64,000 nucleotides of DNA from assembly GCF_963676685.1 (NCBI RefSeq), contig NC_092357.1, positions 35,526,001-35,590,000 of the forward strand. Direction: 5' to 3'. Each line of letters begins with the position of its first letter. The stretch's first letter is position 1. This DNA is from Mytilus edulis (Eukaryota). Below the pieces are notes generated by a model. The model was not told the DNA's origin. It made no database searches and saw nothing but the letters and a program-made list of their open reading frames with translations. Positions 52,248 through 64,000 of the stretch are shown piece by piece. A program made the position numbers and the translations under genes.

Positions 52248-54985
52248 GGAAGTACACCACTAATTAATGGCCCCATTGCTTTCTATGTTAAATTCCTCAA
52301 TTTCGAGTGGTCACAGCTCTTTTATCTGAAGTTCAAATAAAGTGACAATCATTGCATGTCAAAGCAACACCTTCTTGTGTCCTGTACTGAAAAAATCAAC
52401 ATACCTTACATTGCATATAAGAAAGAACTGGTTCCCGGAACTTCGGATGTACCAAAACAGGTACTTCCGATCTGACAAAAAGGCAAAATGTACCCTCCTT
52501 TTTAAATTTCATGCCATTTTTTTATTATTCAAATTTATCAGTCTAAAATTGTTCTACAATGATCACCAGTCATGCAGCTTTCATTTGATACCATAATTAA
52601 TAAAATACTCTAAATATTTTGAAAGTTATGACCATGCGTAGGAACTATTTTGTGTAAAATATGTACTACTTTCTGGTATGTGCTTTCTGGCCGGGCGCGA
52701 ATTAGTGGTGTTACACCTATAACAGAACCAAACTTGTTATATTGACTTGAGCATTACTTTATTTCATACTATGATCTATTCCAAGCAATAAAAAACATAT
52801 AAAGCTTTAGTCCAAATAATATTTTACTAATTTTAAGCTCAAATTGGACTGGTAGTAATATATTGGTTATTCAAAGAAAACTGCATATGGATATTGTATA
52901 TTGGCCAAAATCCTTTTTAATCTCAATATTATTGTTTTATTTATTAATTTCTATTAGAAAAGCTCTGTGCTAACCAATAGTCATATTTTTATCAGAGGTT
53001 CTTCATTAAATAAAAATTTATTAGTCCAAACTTAAGACACAATTGAGAATATTGTCCCCCCTTTTTTCTTCAAATAAAAAAAAATGGCCTTTTTTTTGTT
53101 TAAACCTTACTTCTGTGGTAAAACATAGATTATTAAGAGCAATTCTAATATGACGTGCTTCTTTCGCTTTGTAAACAACACCGTGATAAAATTCTCGATA
53201 TATCTATACTTAGCGCAGACTCCCAAGATGTACACAAATGGATGTTTAAATATGCCTCCCACGTAAATCCACATGTATCGTAACTTATGTGTAAACGGTT
53301 ACAATTGAATAAAACCCTACAGAACATTTATTCTGATTCTGATGCATAACAAAAAAAATTTACACATTAGAGAACGGAAAAATGGACAAAAGCAAAACAA
53401 ATTAAAATTCGGCGAAATTCCAGTTATGATTTTTGCGCATTAACGTCGTTTCAAAACATGACGTCATACGAATGAAAACGTCAAAGCCGAAGGTTTTTCA
53501 ATTGCGTTTACATTTGTACCTTCTAAACTCGGATACAATTGCATTAAAATAAAGTATTGAGGTGGGTGTTGCTTGTTTTCTGTTCTATTGCAATATTCGC
53601 ACATTTACTGATTTCAGCAAGTCAACATGGCGGCTCCTTGGTTACAACATGTCAACAGTGAATTTGACGGTAGCTTACGATAAAAAATGCAAATCTAAAA
53701 TTGCAAATGTTGGGTTTACAGAGAAGTAAAAAAAAGTAATCACATTTTTTTCTAGCGGTTAGTTAAGAAATCATTCATGCAGGTTTATTAGATTTGTTTT
53801 ACATTTACCGAACAGTGGGTAAAATAGAACAGCCACACACACGGTATACCCATCATCGCTTCAGTTTTTTAATGATCGTATTTGTCCTATTAGAATCGAA
53901 ATAATTCATGGAAGCCATAGATTTGTTGTTAATTTACACATGTCCTGGGCCGTGATATTCGTTAATTTTATCTCTCGCTAACGCTCAGGATAAAATTAGA
54001 ATATCACGGCCCAGGCCATGTGTAAATTTCCAACAAATCTATGGCTTCCATGAATTTTTTCTTAATTTATATTTACCAAAGCTAGATAACTTGCTAAACT
54101 GGTTCAAAATTACATGTACAGTGAGATTTTGGAATTCTTATATGAGTATATACCATTTGCCTAGACTGAAAAGGCTACCATAAGAAACACAATAAAACTT
54201 GAAAAATCATAGGATTATTTTGACCAAGAGCTATGTTGTACCATATGCAAGTCTAAAAATACATGTTTTATTGATTTCAATCATAAAAAATGCAAAAATA
54301 AGAACTTGGAGTCAAGTCTTAACTGCATGCATGTTGTATGACCATAAAAGGCTAAAATACTTGAGTATGCCAATTTAAGAGCTTACATTTTCTATAAACA
54401 GGATGGTTCACCAAAAAAAGATGATGAAACATGATTACTAGCATCAAATTTGACTTATTTTCATTGGAATAGATACAACTTCTAAAACTTGAATTTCTGA
54501 TGATTCTCTGTAATAGGAAGTACACCACTAATTAATGGCCCCATTGATTTCTATGTTGAATTCCTCAATTTCGAGTGGTCACAGCTCTTTTATCTTAAGT
54601 TCAAATAAAGTGACAATCATTGCATGTCAAAGCAACACCTTCTGGTGTCCTGTACTGAAAAAATCAACATACCTTACATTGCATATAAGAAAGAACTGGT
54701 TCCCGGAACTTCGGATGTACAAAAACAGGTACTTCCGATCTGACAAAAAGGCAAAATGTACCCTCCTTTTTAAATTTCATGCCATTTTTTTACTATTCAA
54801 ATTTATCAGTCAAAAATTGTTCTACAATGATCACCAGTCATGCAGCTTTCATTTGATACCAAAATTAATAAAATACTCTAAATATTTTGAAAGTTATGTC
54901 CATGCGTAGGAACTATTTTGTGTTAAATATGTACTACATTCTGGTATGTGCTTTCTGGCCGGGCCCGAATTAGTGGTGTTACACC
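52248..54985. mobile_element. Non-autonomous KolobokP-type transposon with 470-bp long terminal direct repeats
   Basis: LTDRs at 52248-52717 and 54516-54985 (about 12 differences), each bounded by inverted ends GGAAGTACACCACTAATT / AATTAGTGGTGTTACACC; TTAA only at the two outer ends. Confidence 0.85.
53141..54065 (+). mobile_element. Short-IR plus hairpin element nested in the KolobokP-type element
   Basis: AATTCTAATA ... TATTAGAAT (53888), then a ~160-bp hairpin 53898-54061 ending TTAA. Confidence 0.6.
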
Positions 54986-55039
54986 TTAATACGGGTTTAT
55001 CCTACAACCGAAATTTTAACCGGTGCATTCGGATAAACA

Positions 55040-56772
55040 ATGCAAAGTGCCGGTGAATTGTCAGATAGCCAAAATCGGAATTCAAATAATGGAATAAGAA
55101 GAAATATAAGTTAAAAAGGGAACCAAGCATATGTCACTGGAAAGAAACAATATTTTAAAGATTGTACTGTTCGAATTGAAGGTATACAAACTCAGAATGT
55201 TAAAAATATTACTGTTATTGAATCAGTTGAAGAAGTCACAGGTCTGAATACTGTTTTGGCAGTTGTTCAAAATGATGCATTGTCCTATGATGTTACTCTT
55301 GATTCGAAGGAGGATGCCGTGAAAATATTAAATGGAATAGAGATCAATAGATGTGACTACAACTGTAGTCTTATCTTTTCTGATACAACCGTTGTTTCAT
55401 TCATGAAATTACCTTTGTTTATTTAAGATGATGAAATTAGAGACAAATTACGTCAAAAGGGAATACTCATTAAATCTCCCATCTATCGCCGTGCTATACC
55501 GGGAACGCAAGTAGCAGATAGAACAAGGTTTGTTAAGTGTAAAATCCCACCAGGATTTGTTGCCTTACCATGGACAATGGGATTCGAGATTGGTACAACA
55601 ATGAAATACTACCGTTTTGTTCATAATAATCAGACTAAAGTCTGTTCACTTTGCCTATCGCCTGATCATATTCAACGTGACTGTCCGCATTATGTCTGCG
55701 ATGGTTGTGGTAATCATGGACACTCAGTTCGGAAATGTAGAGCTGCAAAAATCTGCCTTTAAAGTGTGTATGTGAAGCAGTTGAAGTAAATGGTAATTAT
55801 GATGGTGGAAATAAGGATGAGGTACATGTAGGAGCTAAGGATTTCTTTGACAAAGATGATAGACAAGGTTTTGGGAGACCCCAAAAAATCCAAGATACAA
55901 ATAATCAAGGTCATGAGAATGATTGTCCATACTGTGGGCATTTGGTATGTATTTGTGAGTGCATCAGCTGTGGTAATGCTGAATGCACTTGCCCTTGTGG
56001 AAAATGTGAAAAATTTCCCTGTCAATGTAGTATTGTTTGTTATCATTGTAATAATGATCCATGTGTATGTCCATGTCCAGATTGTAAACATGCTCCTTGT
56101 GAGTGTGTATGTGAAAAGTTTTAACAAACTGTTTGTAACTGTATAGACTCTGATGAAAACGAAAACACAGAAGTAGCATTTAAAAAAGATGAAACTGTTA
56201 AAAATATATATGAACCTATGAATGAACAAAATGATTATGAAAAAATGATGTATCTTTGAATGTTGTTATTGAAAATCATCACACTGAAAATGTAGACAGT
56301 AGAAAAAGGAAAATTGTAATTTCTGATGAAAATTGTAATGATGATAATGTTGAGGCTGTTTGTCAGACTGAGATGAATGATGTCATCTCTTTGTGTGAAG
56401 TAAATGACATAGGGAGAGATGAGCATATAGATAATAAAAATGTGAGAAGAGAAGCCTCTCCTTCTGGTGAAAAAATGGATACAGGAGGGGAGGACAGGGA
56501 CACTTGTGGTGATTATACCTCGGGTTGTGATGAGGTCACAGCCGGGGTAGATAATGTAGACTCCTCTGTCTGTGATGAGAGATGAAAGCTGGGACGGAGG
56601 AGGTTTTGTTAAGAATAATCTGATAGAGGTAGTTTCAAAAAACACAAATGCATTAACTGCCAAGCAATTACGAAGAGTTCGAAAAAAACAAGCAAGAAGG
56701 AATGAAAGGGTAAAGTCAAAATTAGATGGGAAACAAAATGCTGGTAAAAAAAACCTCAGATACTTAAAATGA
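55040..56772 (+). pseudogene. L1/Tx1 ORF1 remnant (RRM-like region, two CCHC knuckles, Cys-rich repeat, acidic tail)
   Basis: From ATG 55040, with in-frame stops: VLAVV..YDVTL, VVSFMKLPLFI, PGTQVADRTRFV, CSLCLSPDHIQRDC, CDGCGNHGHSVRKC. Confidence 0.8.
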
Positions 56773-56821
56773 TGGCAATGTTTAAATTTATCATGTTTAT
56801 ATTACTTATCTTACTTTTGAA

Positions 56822-58540
56822 AATGGTATTAATATGTACACATAGCACATAATTGTAATGGTCTGAAAAATGTAAATAATTTTCAAAATTATATATCTGT
56901 ATTATACGATAGGCATATTAGTTTTTCCCTGTTACAGGAAACATTTTGGGATGATGACTATGTCAATGGAATTAGACATATGTATGAAGGTGTAATATAT
57001 GAAAGTAATGGTAAAAATTGTCGACAAGGTGTAGCTATTATGATAAGTAATAACTATAAAGAAAGTTCTAAGTTAGTTTTTAAAGATGACAATGGTTTTA
57101 TACATGTTACATATGATTATCTAGGAAAAGTGTATAATTTAGTTTCTTTATATGCTCCAAATAATTATTCAGAAAGAAAATAATTTTTTATGTTTGTTAG
57201 AGAATATATATCAAGTTTAGAAAACCTCATTGTTGGAGGTGATTTTAATACCACTTTAAGTAGTTTAGATAGAGGTGGTTTATCAAAACATATTTGTGAT
57301 GAAGCTTATAAAGAGTTATTTGATATAATTCATTCATGTAATGTATATGATGTATGGAGAAGTAGAAATGAAAATAAAAAGATATTTTCTTGGAAAAGAA
57401 TTACAAATGGTATGTTACAACAAAGTCATATTGACTATTTTCTTATTAGTCGAATGTTGTCATCAAATGTACAAAATGTGTCTTATAACGAAACTAGTTT
57501 TAGTGACCATACGTATATTATAATGAATTTCAATTTTTGTACTGTTGAAAAGGGTTTTAAATAACACCTTATTACATAATGATGAATATGTTCAAACAGT
57601 AAGGAATATAATATAATTAATGAAGCTGTTCAAAGTTCATTGTATACTGTTGAACCTCTTGTATGGTGGGATAATCTTAAGTTAAGAATCAAAAGTTCTC
57701 ACAAGTTTTTTCAGTTAATTTGGCAAAAGAAAAAAAGAAAGATTTTTTTAACTTGCAAAATAAAATCCAAAGGATATGTGCCATGCAAGCAGACGGTATT
57801 GCTATAGATGTTACGAAATTAGAAAACTTAAAGCTTGAGTTAAATAATTATGAGTTAGAAAAATGCAAAGGAGCAGTTCTATGATCCAAAGCAATATGGG
57901 CTTCTGAAAGTGATAAGAATACTATTTTTTTTTTTAATTTAGAAAAATACAAGCAAGAAAATAATGCTGTAAAAGAGCTTATGAATGACAAAGGTGATGT
58001 CATTAGTGATACTGATGGTATACTAGATATTGAATATTCTTTTTATAAAAATTTATATTCTTGTGTTAAAGTAGATAATGTGAACATGGAAGAATTCATT
58101 AGTTCTATTGATGTAAAAGTAAATCACAATGATAAAGACATGTGTGATGCAGAAATATTATATGATGAAATTACTGAAGCTTTGATGGCTATGTCAAAAA
58201 ACAAAAGTCCTGGTACAGATGAGCTTACAACAGAGTTTTACTGTAAATTTTTTGATTGTTTAAGAAATATATTATGTCATGTTTATAATAGTATTTATGA
58301 TGAAAATATTATGTCAAGGTCTATGAGAGAAGGTGTTTTAAGCTTAATTTATAAGAAAAAAGGTGATAGAAGAATTTTGAAAAATTATAGACACCCTATT
58401 TTTGTGTCGATAATGGGATAAGACGAGGATGTCCAATAAGTGCCCTTCTCTTTATTTTAGCAGCTGAAACTTTACAATGTAATATTAGAAAAAATGTGAA
58501 TATATCTGGTATTAAAATTCCAAATACCACTGATAAAAAA
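56822..58540 (+). pseudogene. L1/Tx1 ORF2 remnant (APE endonuclease plus partial RT)
   Basis: NCNGL, LQET, GVAIMI, YAPN, GGDFN, IDYFL, SDH; KSPGTDELTTEFY, NYR; then jumps to GIRRGCPISALLFILAAE and stops before the YADD motif. Confidence 0.9.
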
Positions 58541-58542
58541 AA

Positions 58543-58700
58543 AACTTCGTATTTTGTTTGGCCTTTTTAAACAAAAAAATATCTAAGTGTCCCTGACAAG
58601 TCTTTTGTGGACGAAAAGCGCGTCTGGCGCAAATACAAAACTTCAATCCTGGTATTTATGATGTGTTTATTTATCTATATTTCTTTATCTTATATTAAAT
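58543..58700. repeat. Right copy of the 157-bp flanking duplication
   Basis: Begins immediately after the LINE A-tract. Confidence 0.9.
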
Positions 58701-58849
58701 AACCTTTGTATAAATTATGCTTCTTATGAGTTCAATAAAACTTGAATTTGAAATTTAGAAATGGACCGTCAAAGTAACACTTAAAATATAGAATGTTCTA
58801 TTCGTGGCATTGGGAAACTTATCAATATAAAATAAACTGTCAAAGTCAT

Positions 58850-59285
58850 GAATACAAAAGTAAAAAATAAACAGACAAGCAACAGTACACAAAACGCAAA
58901 ACACATTATCAAAAACTAAAGACTGAGAAACATGAACTCTACCAAAACCTGGGGTGAACTCAGGTTTTCCGGAAGGCTAAACAAAAGACGCACCATATGG
59001 TGCAACCACCGTGTTGCTCGTGTAAACACAAACGAGTTGATAAGTCTAATTTATTTGGTTACATTCGGGGGAAAGTAGACTGGTTTATATGATTATTCAT
59101 AACGATCAACTCGTGATAGCGTCCGTAAAATTAACGAAGGGATACTTTTAACCGCAACACCTGGAACGCTTGCGTTGTTACCTTCCTTGTGGTTAGTATC
59201 ACTCTATCAGGAAGTTATGGTAGGAAATAAGAGCCATGGATATCGTATCAACTGTAGATTTACATTACGTATGTAGGTACTTCTT
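58850..59285 (-). mobile_element. Degenerate PLE 3' end
   Basis: Colinear with 27400-27780 (CAACTCGTGAT..CGTCCGT.AAATT.ACGAAGGGAT, TATCGTATCAA). Confidence 0.65.
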
Positions 59286-61149
59286 TGATAGTGATACATA
59301 TATAGCAACAACTACTTTTTAATTTGATCACATATGTGAGGCTCCTAAAAAAAAATTGATAATTCGATCCCAATCGCGTGGTGTTAATTTAAATTGGAAC
59401 ATGATAATTTACGTGTGGGTTTACAAATAAGTTAGAATACGACAATATAAGTATATTGTAAAAATAAGTTGGTGTAAAATCATATAAGAAGAAAAATCAC
59501 AAAAATACTGAACTCCAAGGAAAATTCAAAACGGAAAGTCCCTAATCAAATGGCAAAATCAAATGATAAAACACATTAAACGAATGGAAAACAACTGTCA
59601 TATTTCTGACTTGGTACAGGTATTTTCAAATAAAAGCAAATATCACAATCTTGTAGGTGCATAAATTTTTAAATAACTGCTTTTGGTTCATCTACTGTGT
59701 CATTGTTTTGCATAAATATGCAACCATTTTTTGGTATTTTTTCAGATTTGTAGAATATTGGAAGCATTTTTGTGTGAAATGTTTGTTGGTTAGGCCGTAG
59801 ACTTTAAAATATTCAAAGACAAATACAACCACAGTTTTGACTATCGATAATCTCGTCACATAGTAAATCCTGCAAAGTATATTACATAAAATATATGACG
59901 TAATAACTTGAACGAGATATCGGTTGTCTATGCCTATAGGTCGATGCTAATTTTATCATCATTAGAGCACAATTATACCGCAAATCGTTTTTACAAAATG
60001 TATAAGCACAATCACTGTCATTTATGTTTCTATAAATATATAACATGCGTATGAAAAGCAATAACGATCCAAACAAGTATATAATTATTATATTTATATG
60101 TTTTAATTCATCAAGTTCATTGTTTTTTAATGATGCTTTAGTCAGATTTTGCTATATTGAGGAATTTCTATATCAGTAACTCAATAAGTTTTTACTTTCG
60201 TCGTATAACGTCTATATATGTATATCCAATGATTTGATGGCCTGTTTTTGTTGTCTCAAGTACTGGGTTTTGATATTGGTTTGTCATGGATGCTCTTCGC
60301 CGTTTCAGAATCTATTGCATTCTGGGTAATATTTTCAAAAATGTACACCGAAACGTCGTGATTGGTTGAAAACGTCCAAAACAATGGAAATTCAACCAAT
60401 GTCGTGACGTTATTTTCATTTTAGGGTACAAACAATGAAATTACCCATAGTCCTTTAGATTCTGAAACGGCTAATTACGAACTGGATTTGGCCAGTTCAC
60501 TTTTTTATGCAGGTGTTATTGTTTAGTCTTTTTTCAGACGAAATGCGCATGTGACGTTAACCTTTTTTGTCTAATACTTTTCGTGATTTTTCAGTTTATC
60601 TTTGAATGTTTAAAAAAGAAGGGGCAAAAGATAGCAGAGGGACAATCAAGCTCAGATATCCTTTTAACAAGTATTAGTTATGCCTCACTTACATAACCTA
60701 TTTTTTTTTAAACCAGGATTACCCTGTAGATACTACCAGTTAGGAGTACATGCGATTATGGGCATCAAACACCAAAAAATGTATGTCACTATTCGTCGGT
60801 AGACTTGGTTGCTATCGGGAAATTTTGAATCTTAAAAGTACACGCTTGTCAACTATTTATCAACTTGCCCTCATCACTTTATTTAGAACAAAATCTTCAT
60901 ATGATTTCATTAAATCATTGTTTCATTTTTTTTAACCAAATCATACATTACGGTTATGCGTCCAACCACTTACTTTGTTCCATGTTTTCTTATCAAAAGG
61001 GTAAAGGGTTATAATTGTCAAAACAAAATCGATACAGTAACGTCCTACTTAATGTAAATACAATCATGATATAAAAGAATACACCAACAGAGACAATCCT
61101 GTAACTGAACTCGTATTTAATTCGTCTACTAGCTATAGGATATCAAAAG

Positions 61150-61939
61150 TTACATCCCAGCTCCTTTGTTCTAACAGGGGTCAGATCGAGCCGGATCACC
61201 CCAACCAGATCACCCCAGTTTAAATTTCTTTGTTATAATATGCATGCTTTCCTTTGTTCTGTAACATTTTGCGGGAATGTCAAATCCAGTATAAAACTTA
61301 TAATTAATTATACGGAGAAGACTATCTATCAAAATTCACGTAGAAAAAATCCAGTGTATATGCTGGGATTCGAACTCAAGACCTTTAGCATATCAAGCCA
61401 CGATACATACCACTTCACCAGGACAACTCGATACGAACTATCAGAAATTTAACACACTTAAAGGAAGCAAGATATTTTTATAACTGGGGCGAGTTGACAG
61501 ACCTTCACTCAGTGGGGTTTAAACCCTTTTCGTTAAATAAATGAGTTGTCAGACTGATTGTTCAATTTGATTTTACACTTTTTTAAAGTTGGGCGAGTCG
61601 GTAACAAGAGTGGGGCGATTTTTTCATAAAGTGGCGATATAGTGTTGGCCGATTGGCCAGTGGGGCGAGTTTACATTGTTTGATATCTACTCATCGTGTT
61701 AGGGGGTCATAAAGGGTATACATCATATAGTAATATATAAAGTATATTATAATGGTTGTGTGGCGTTCTAAACTAGATTTTATGAATTGTAAATGGTTTT
61801 TCGTCTATTCTAAAACAGCTGGGATGTAAAATAGTTATCCCATTCGGACTTGGTGTGTCAGTGTAAGATCACCCTCTGGCCTCCGGCCATCGGGGTTATC
61901 TTACACTGACACACCGCGCCCTTATGGGATAACTATTAA
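61150..61939 (+). mobile_element. Short-IR plus hairpin element carrying a tRNA-like segment
   Basis: 13-bp IR TTACATCCCAGCT (61150) / AGCTGGGATGTAA (61817); hairpin 61830-61937; minus-strand A/B boxes at 61355-61425. Confidence 0.65.
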
Positions 61940-62649
61940 AGAAAGAGGTAATGAGATGAATACTATTTACAAAGGGTGGTATCAAAATATCAGTTCAACA
62001 TAAAAGGAATGAATGAAATAGTATAATAGGATAAAACAACGAAAAATTAAAGCATGAAGCAGATAAGTAAAACAAAACCTTAAACAAATGATATTGAATA
62101 TGAATCGCTAACCAAAACATTTTTGATTGATATGTTTATCAATACATAGATTAGTAAATTATTTTTTTTATTATTGTTTTTTTGTAACATACATATACGT
62201 GGCAGTAAACTGTTAAAAAGATAAAAATAAAATAAAAACTGTTGCATGAATTCAAGGATTATTGGATTAACAGATCAATTAATGAATTATCCATCAATCA
62301 ATTCATCATCCAATCAAAATGTACTTCCTTAAAACACTCTATTTACAAACAGAATACACAATATAACAGAACAGTTGGCCAGCAATTGCAACATTTTGCT
62401 CAATGCAGTAGTGAGGTGTGTTAAGCCAGCATGTTTAAATTAGAAAATCAGAAAATTGAAATAGGAATCCATCAATTAGATTTATCGTTACTGATCAGAT
62501 TGACTCGCTAATCATTTTCCAATTTGAACTAATCAAAGCAGGCTCGCTAAAAGTAAACGACTCAATCGATTATAGTCACTGAGGGTGTTAAGGGTAGCAA
62601 TGTAGAAACTCTCTTTTACGTGGGTTAGTGTAGATGGTAAAACTGATAC

Positions 62650-63728
62650 AGCCATGGTGAGATCTTCCAAATCATGATTAGAGTGACCAACTTTGAACAT
62701 GTTCAAAACAATCTTGATGCGGTCTTGGCGAAATCAAGTCGTAGTAGAAGCGCAGTGAGAGCGCAGCAAGGTCGTCGTAAGATCGCAAAGGTCGCTGTAC
62801 CATCGTAGCGAGGACGTAGCGAACGCTTGATTCTTTTCGGAGAGACTGCGCTACGATCTCACAGAGATGTTTCTACGACCTCACTACGACCATCATGTTC
62901 ACACCGCGACCCATTTACGCTTCCACTACGACTATACTACGTTTACACCATGCATGTTCAAGACCATAGTACGATTCTAGCGCGCCCATGACGTTCTCTT
63001 CACGCTTTTCTTTCGACCTGACTACGTTCATACTACAACCATCATGCTTATTTTTATTTTCACATGAAATATATAAAAGCACTCCAGGTATTGTTTGTAT
63101 GTATGTAATTTGGACTTCTTGTTCTTTTTCTCCAACGAATCTATCATGCTTGACACACCTGTGTCATCCCTGCTATCGTTCACTCAATAAAATCATTTGA
63201 GCTTGATGGACCAGCAATAGGTTTTGATTCATGTTGGATTGGTCGGTCTGACATCTCTGCTAGATCAGGATTCGTTACTATCAGAGCTCTCTCTGTCTCT
63301 ACATCTACTCCTACCACCACGTCCACGTGTTCGGGTAGATTCTGGTGGCATGACTGTGTTGTGTCCATGAAATCTACGCATTAATCAGAAATATAATGAA
63401 TGGAAAAGTATTTATATGGAACACAATGTTGACAATATTGCTGAGAATGTAGTAAGATCGTAGTATGAACGTAGTATAATCCTTGTAAGAACGTGCTATA
63501 ATCGCAGTAGAAGCGTGGTAAGATCATGTTGCAATCGGATAACTCGTGGTATGGTCGTAGTAGGAACGTGATGAGAGTAGTAAGATCATGACAATCGTAG
63601 AAAAAGCGTGGTGAGAACGTGGTATAATTGCGAAATCAACGAAAAATTTACATTTCCATGAAGCTCATACCGCGACTTCACCACAATCTTATCTTATTTA
63701 ATATCGCGGTGAGCGTGGGACTGTGGCT
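62650..63728. mobile_element. PIF/Harbinger-like non-autonomous element
   Basis: CTACGA/TCGTAG subterminal repeat fields in opposite orientations; right end GTGGGACTGTGGCT followed by TTAA. Left end approximate. Confidence 0.45.
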
Positions 63729-64000
63729 TTAATAAACACTAGACACGAGCCACATTAAGTTGAACTCAATTTGAATAGTCATGAAAATGTGCGCTAAGAC
63801 AAATACATGTACAAAAGATACAACATAGACTAAGTAACACGAACCCGACCAATACTGGGAGTGATCTTAGGTGCTCTGGAAGGACTAAATAGATCCTGTT
63901 TCAAACGTGGCACCCGTCTTTTCCTTATTGTAATTCAGTGGTTGTCATTTGTTGCTGTATTTGATCATATTTGTTTTTCGGAAATTATTTTGTACAAAAA

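Larger units (their letters stand above)
52011..58542 (+). mobile_element. L1/Tx1-clade LINE, 5'-intact, internally deleted and 3'-truncated at an A-tract
   Basis: 5' UTR split by a KolobokP-type element; ORF1 and ORF2 remnants; terminal A run; flanking direct repeat. Confidence 0.85.

Noticed and set aside
52342-54909. Duplicated ORFs 52342-52596 and 54535-54909
   Set aside because: They lie wholly inside the 470-bp terminal repeats, differ by stops and show no protein motifs.
55942-56124. Independent metallothionein gene
   Set aside because: Embedded in LINE ORF1 between the zinc knuckles and ORF2; the Cys pattern continues past both ends of the ORF.
63180-63368. Minus-strand acidic ORF
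   Set aside because: Short, low-complexity and inside a transposon remnant; no recognisable domain.

Overview
AT-rich, intron-containing animal DNA. The repeat families look like those of a mytilid bivalve (Mytilus-like); this is an inference from repeat recognition, not a database result. One complete protein-coding gene can be assembled by hand on the + strand (CDS 40619-48602, 8 coding exons, all GT-AG and phase-compatible, 403 aa): signal peptide, two Ig domains, an EPN/WND C-type lectin domain and a short Thr-rich tail, i.e. a secreted CREP/VIgL-type immune lectin. Its Ig exon was recently duplicated in tandem (965-bp unit). The rest is mostly nested transposon debris: a spliced, disabled Sola3-like transposase (4.3-10.4 kb); Penelope-like RT fragments with minimal hammerhead ribozymes; a CACTA element splitting one of them; tRNA-derived SINEs; an 850-bp tandem array; and a 5'-intact L1/Tx1 LINE with a 157-bp flanking duplication and a Cys-rich ORF1. 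That LINE hosts a KolobokP-type element with 470-bp terminal direct repeats. A recurrent family of non-coding elements carries an internal sequence complementary to its joined ends. A disabled orphan gene may lie on the - strand at 23.8-25.8 kb. Most short ORFs in the supplied track are spurious.
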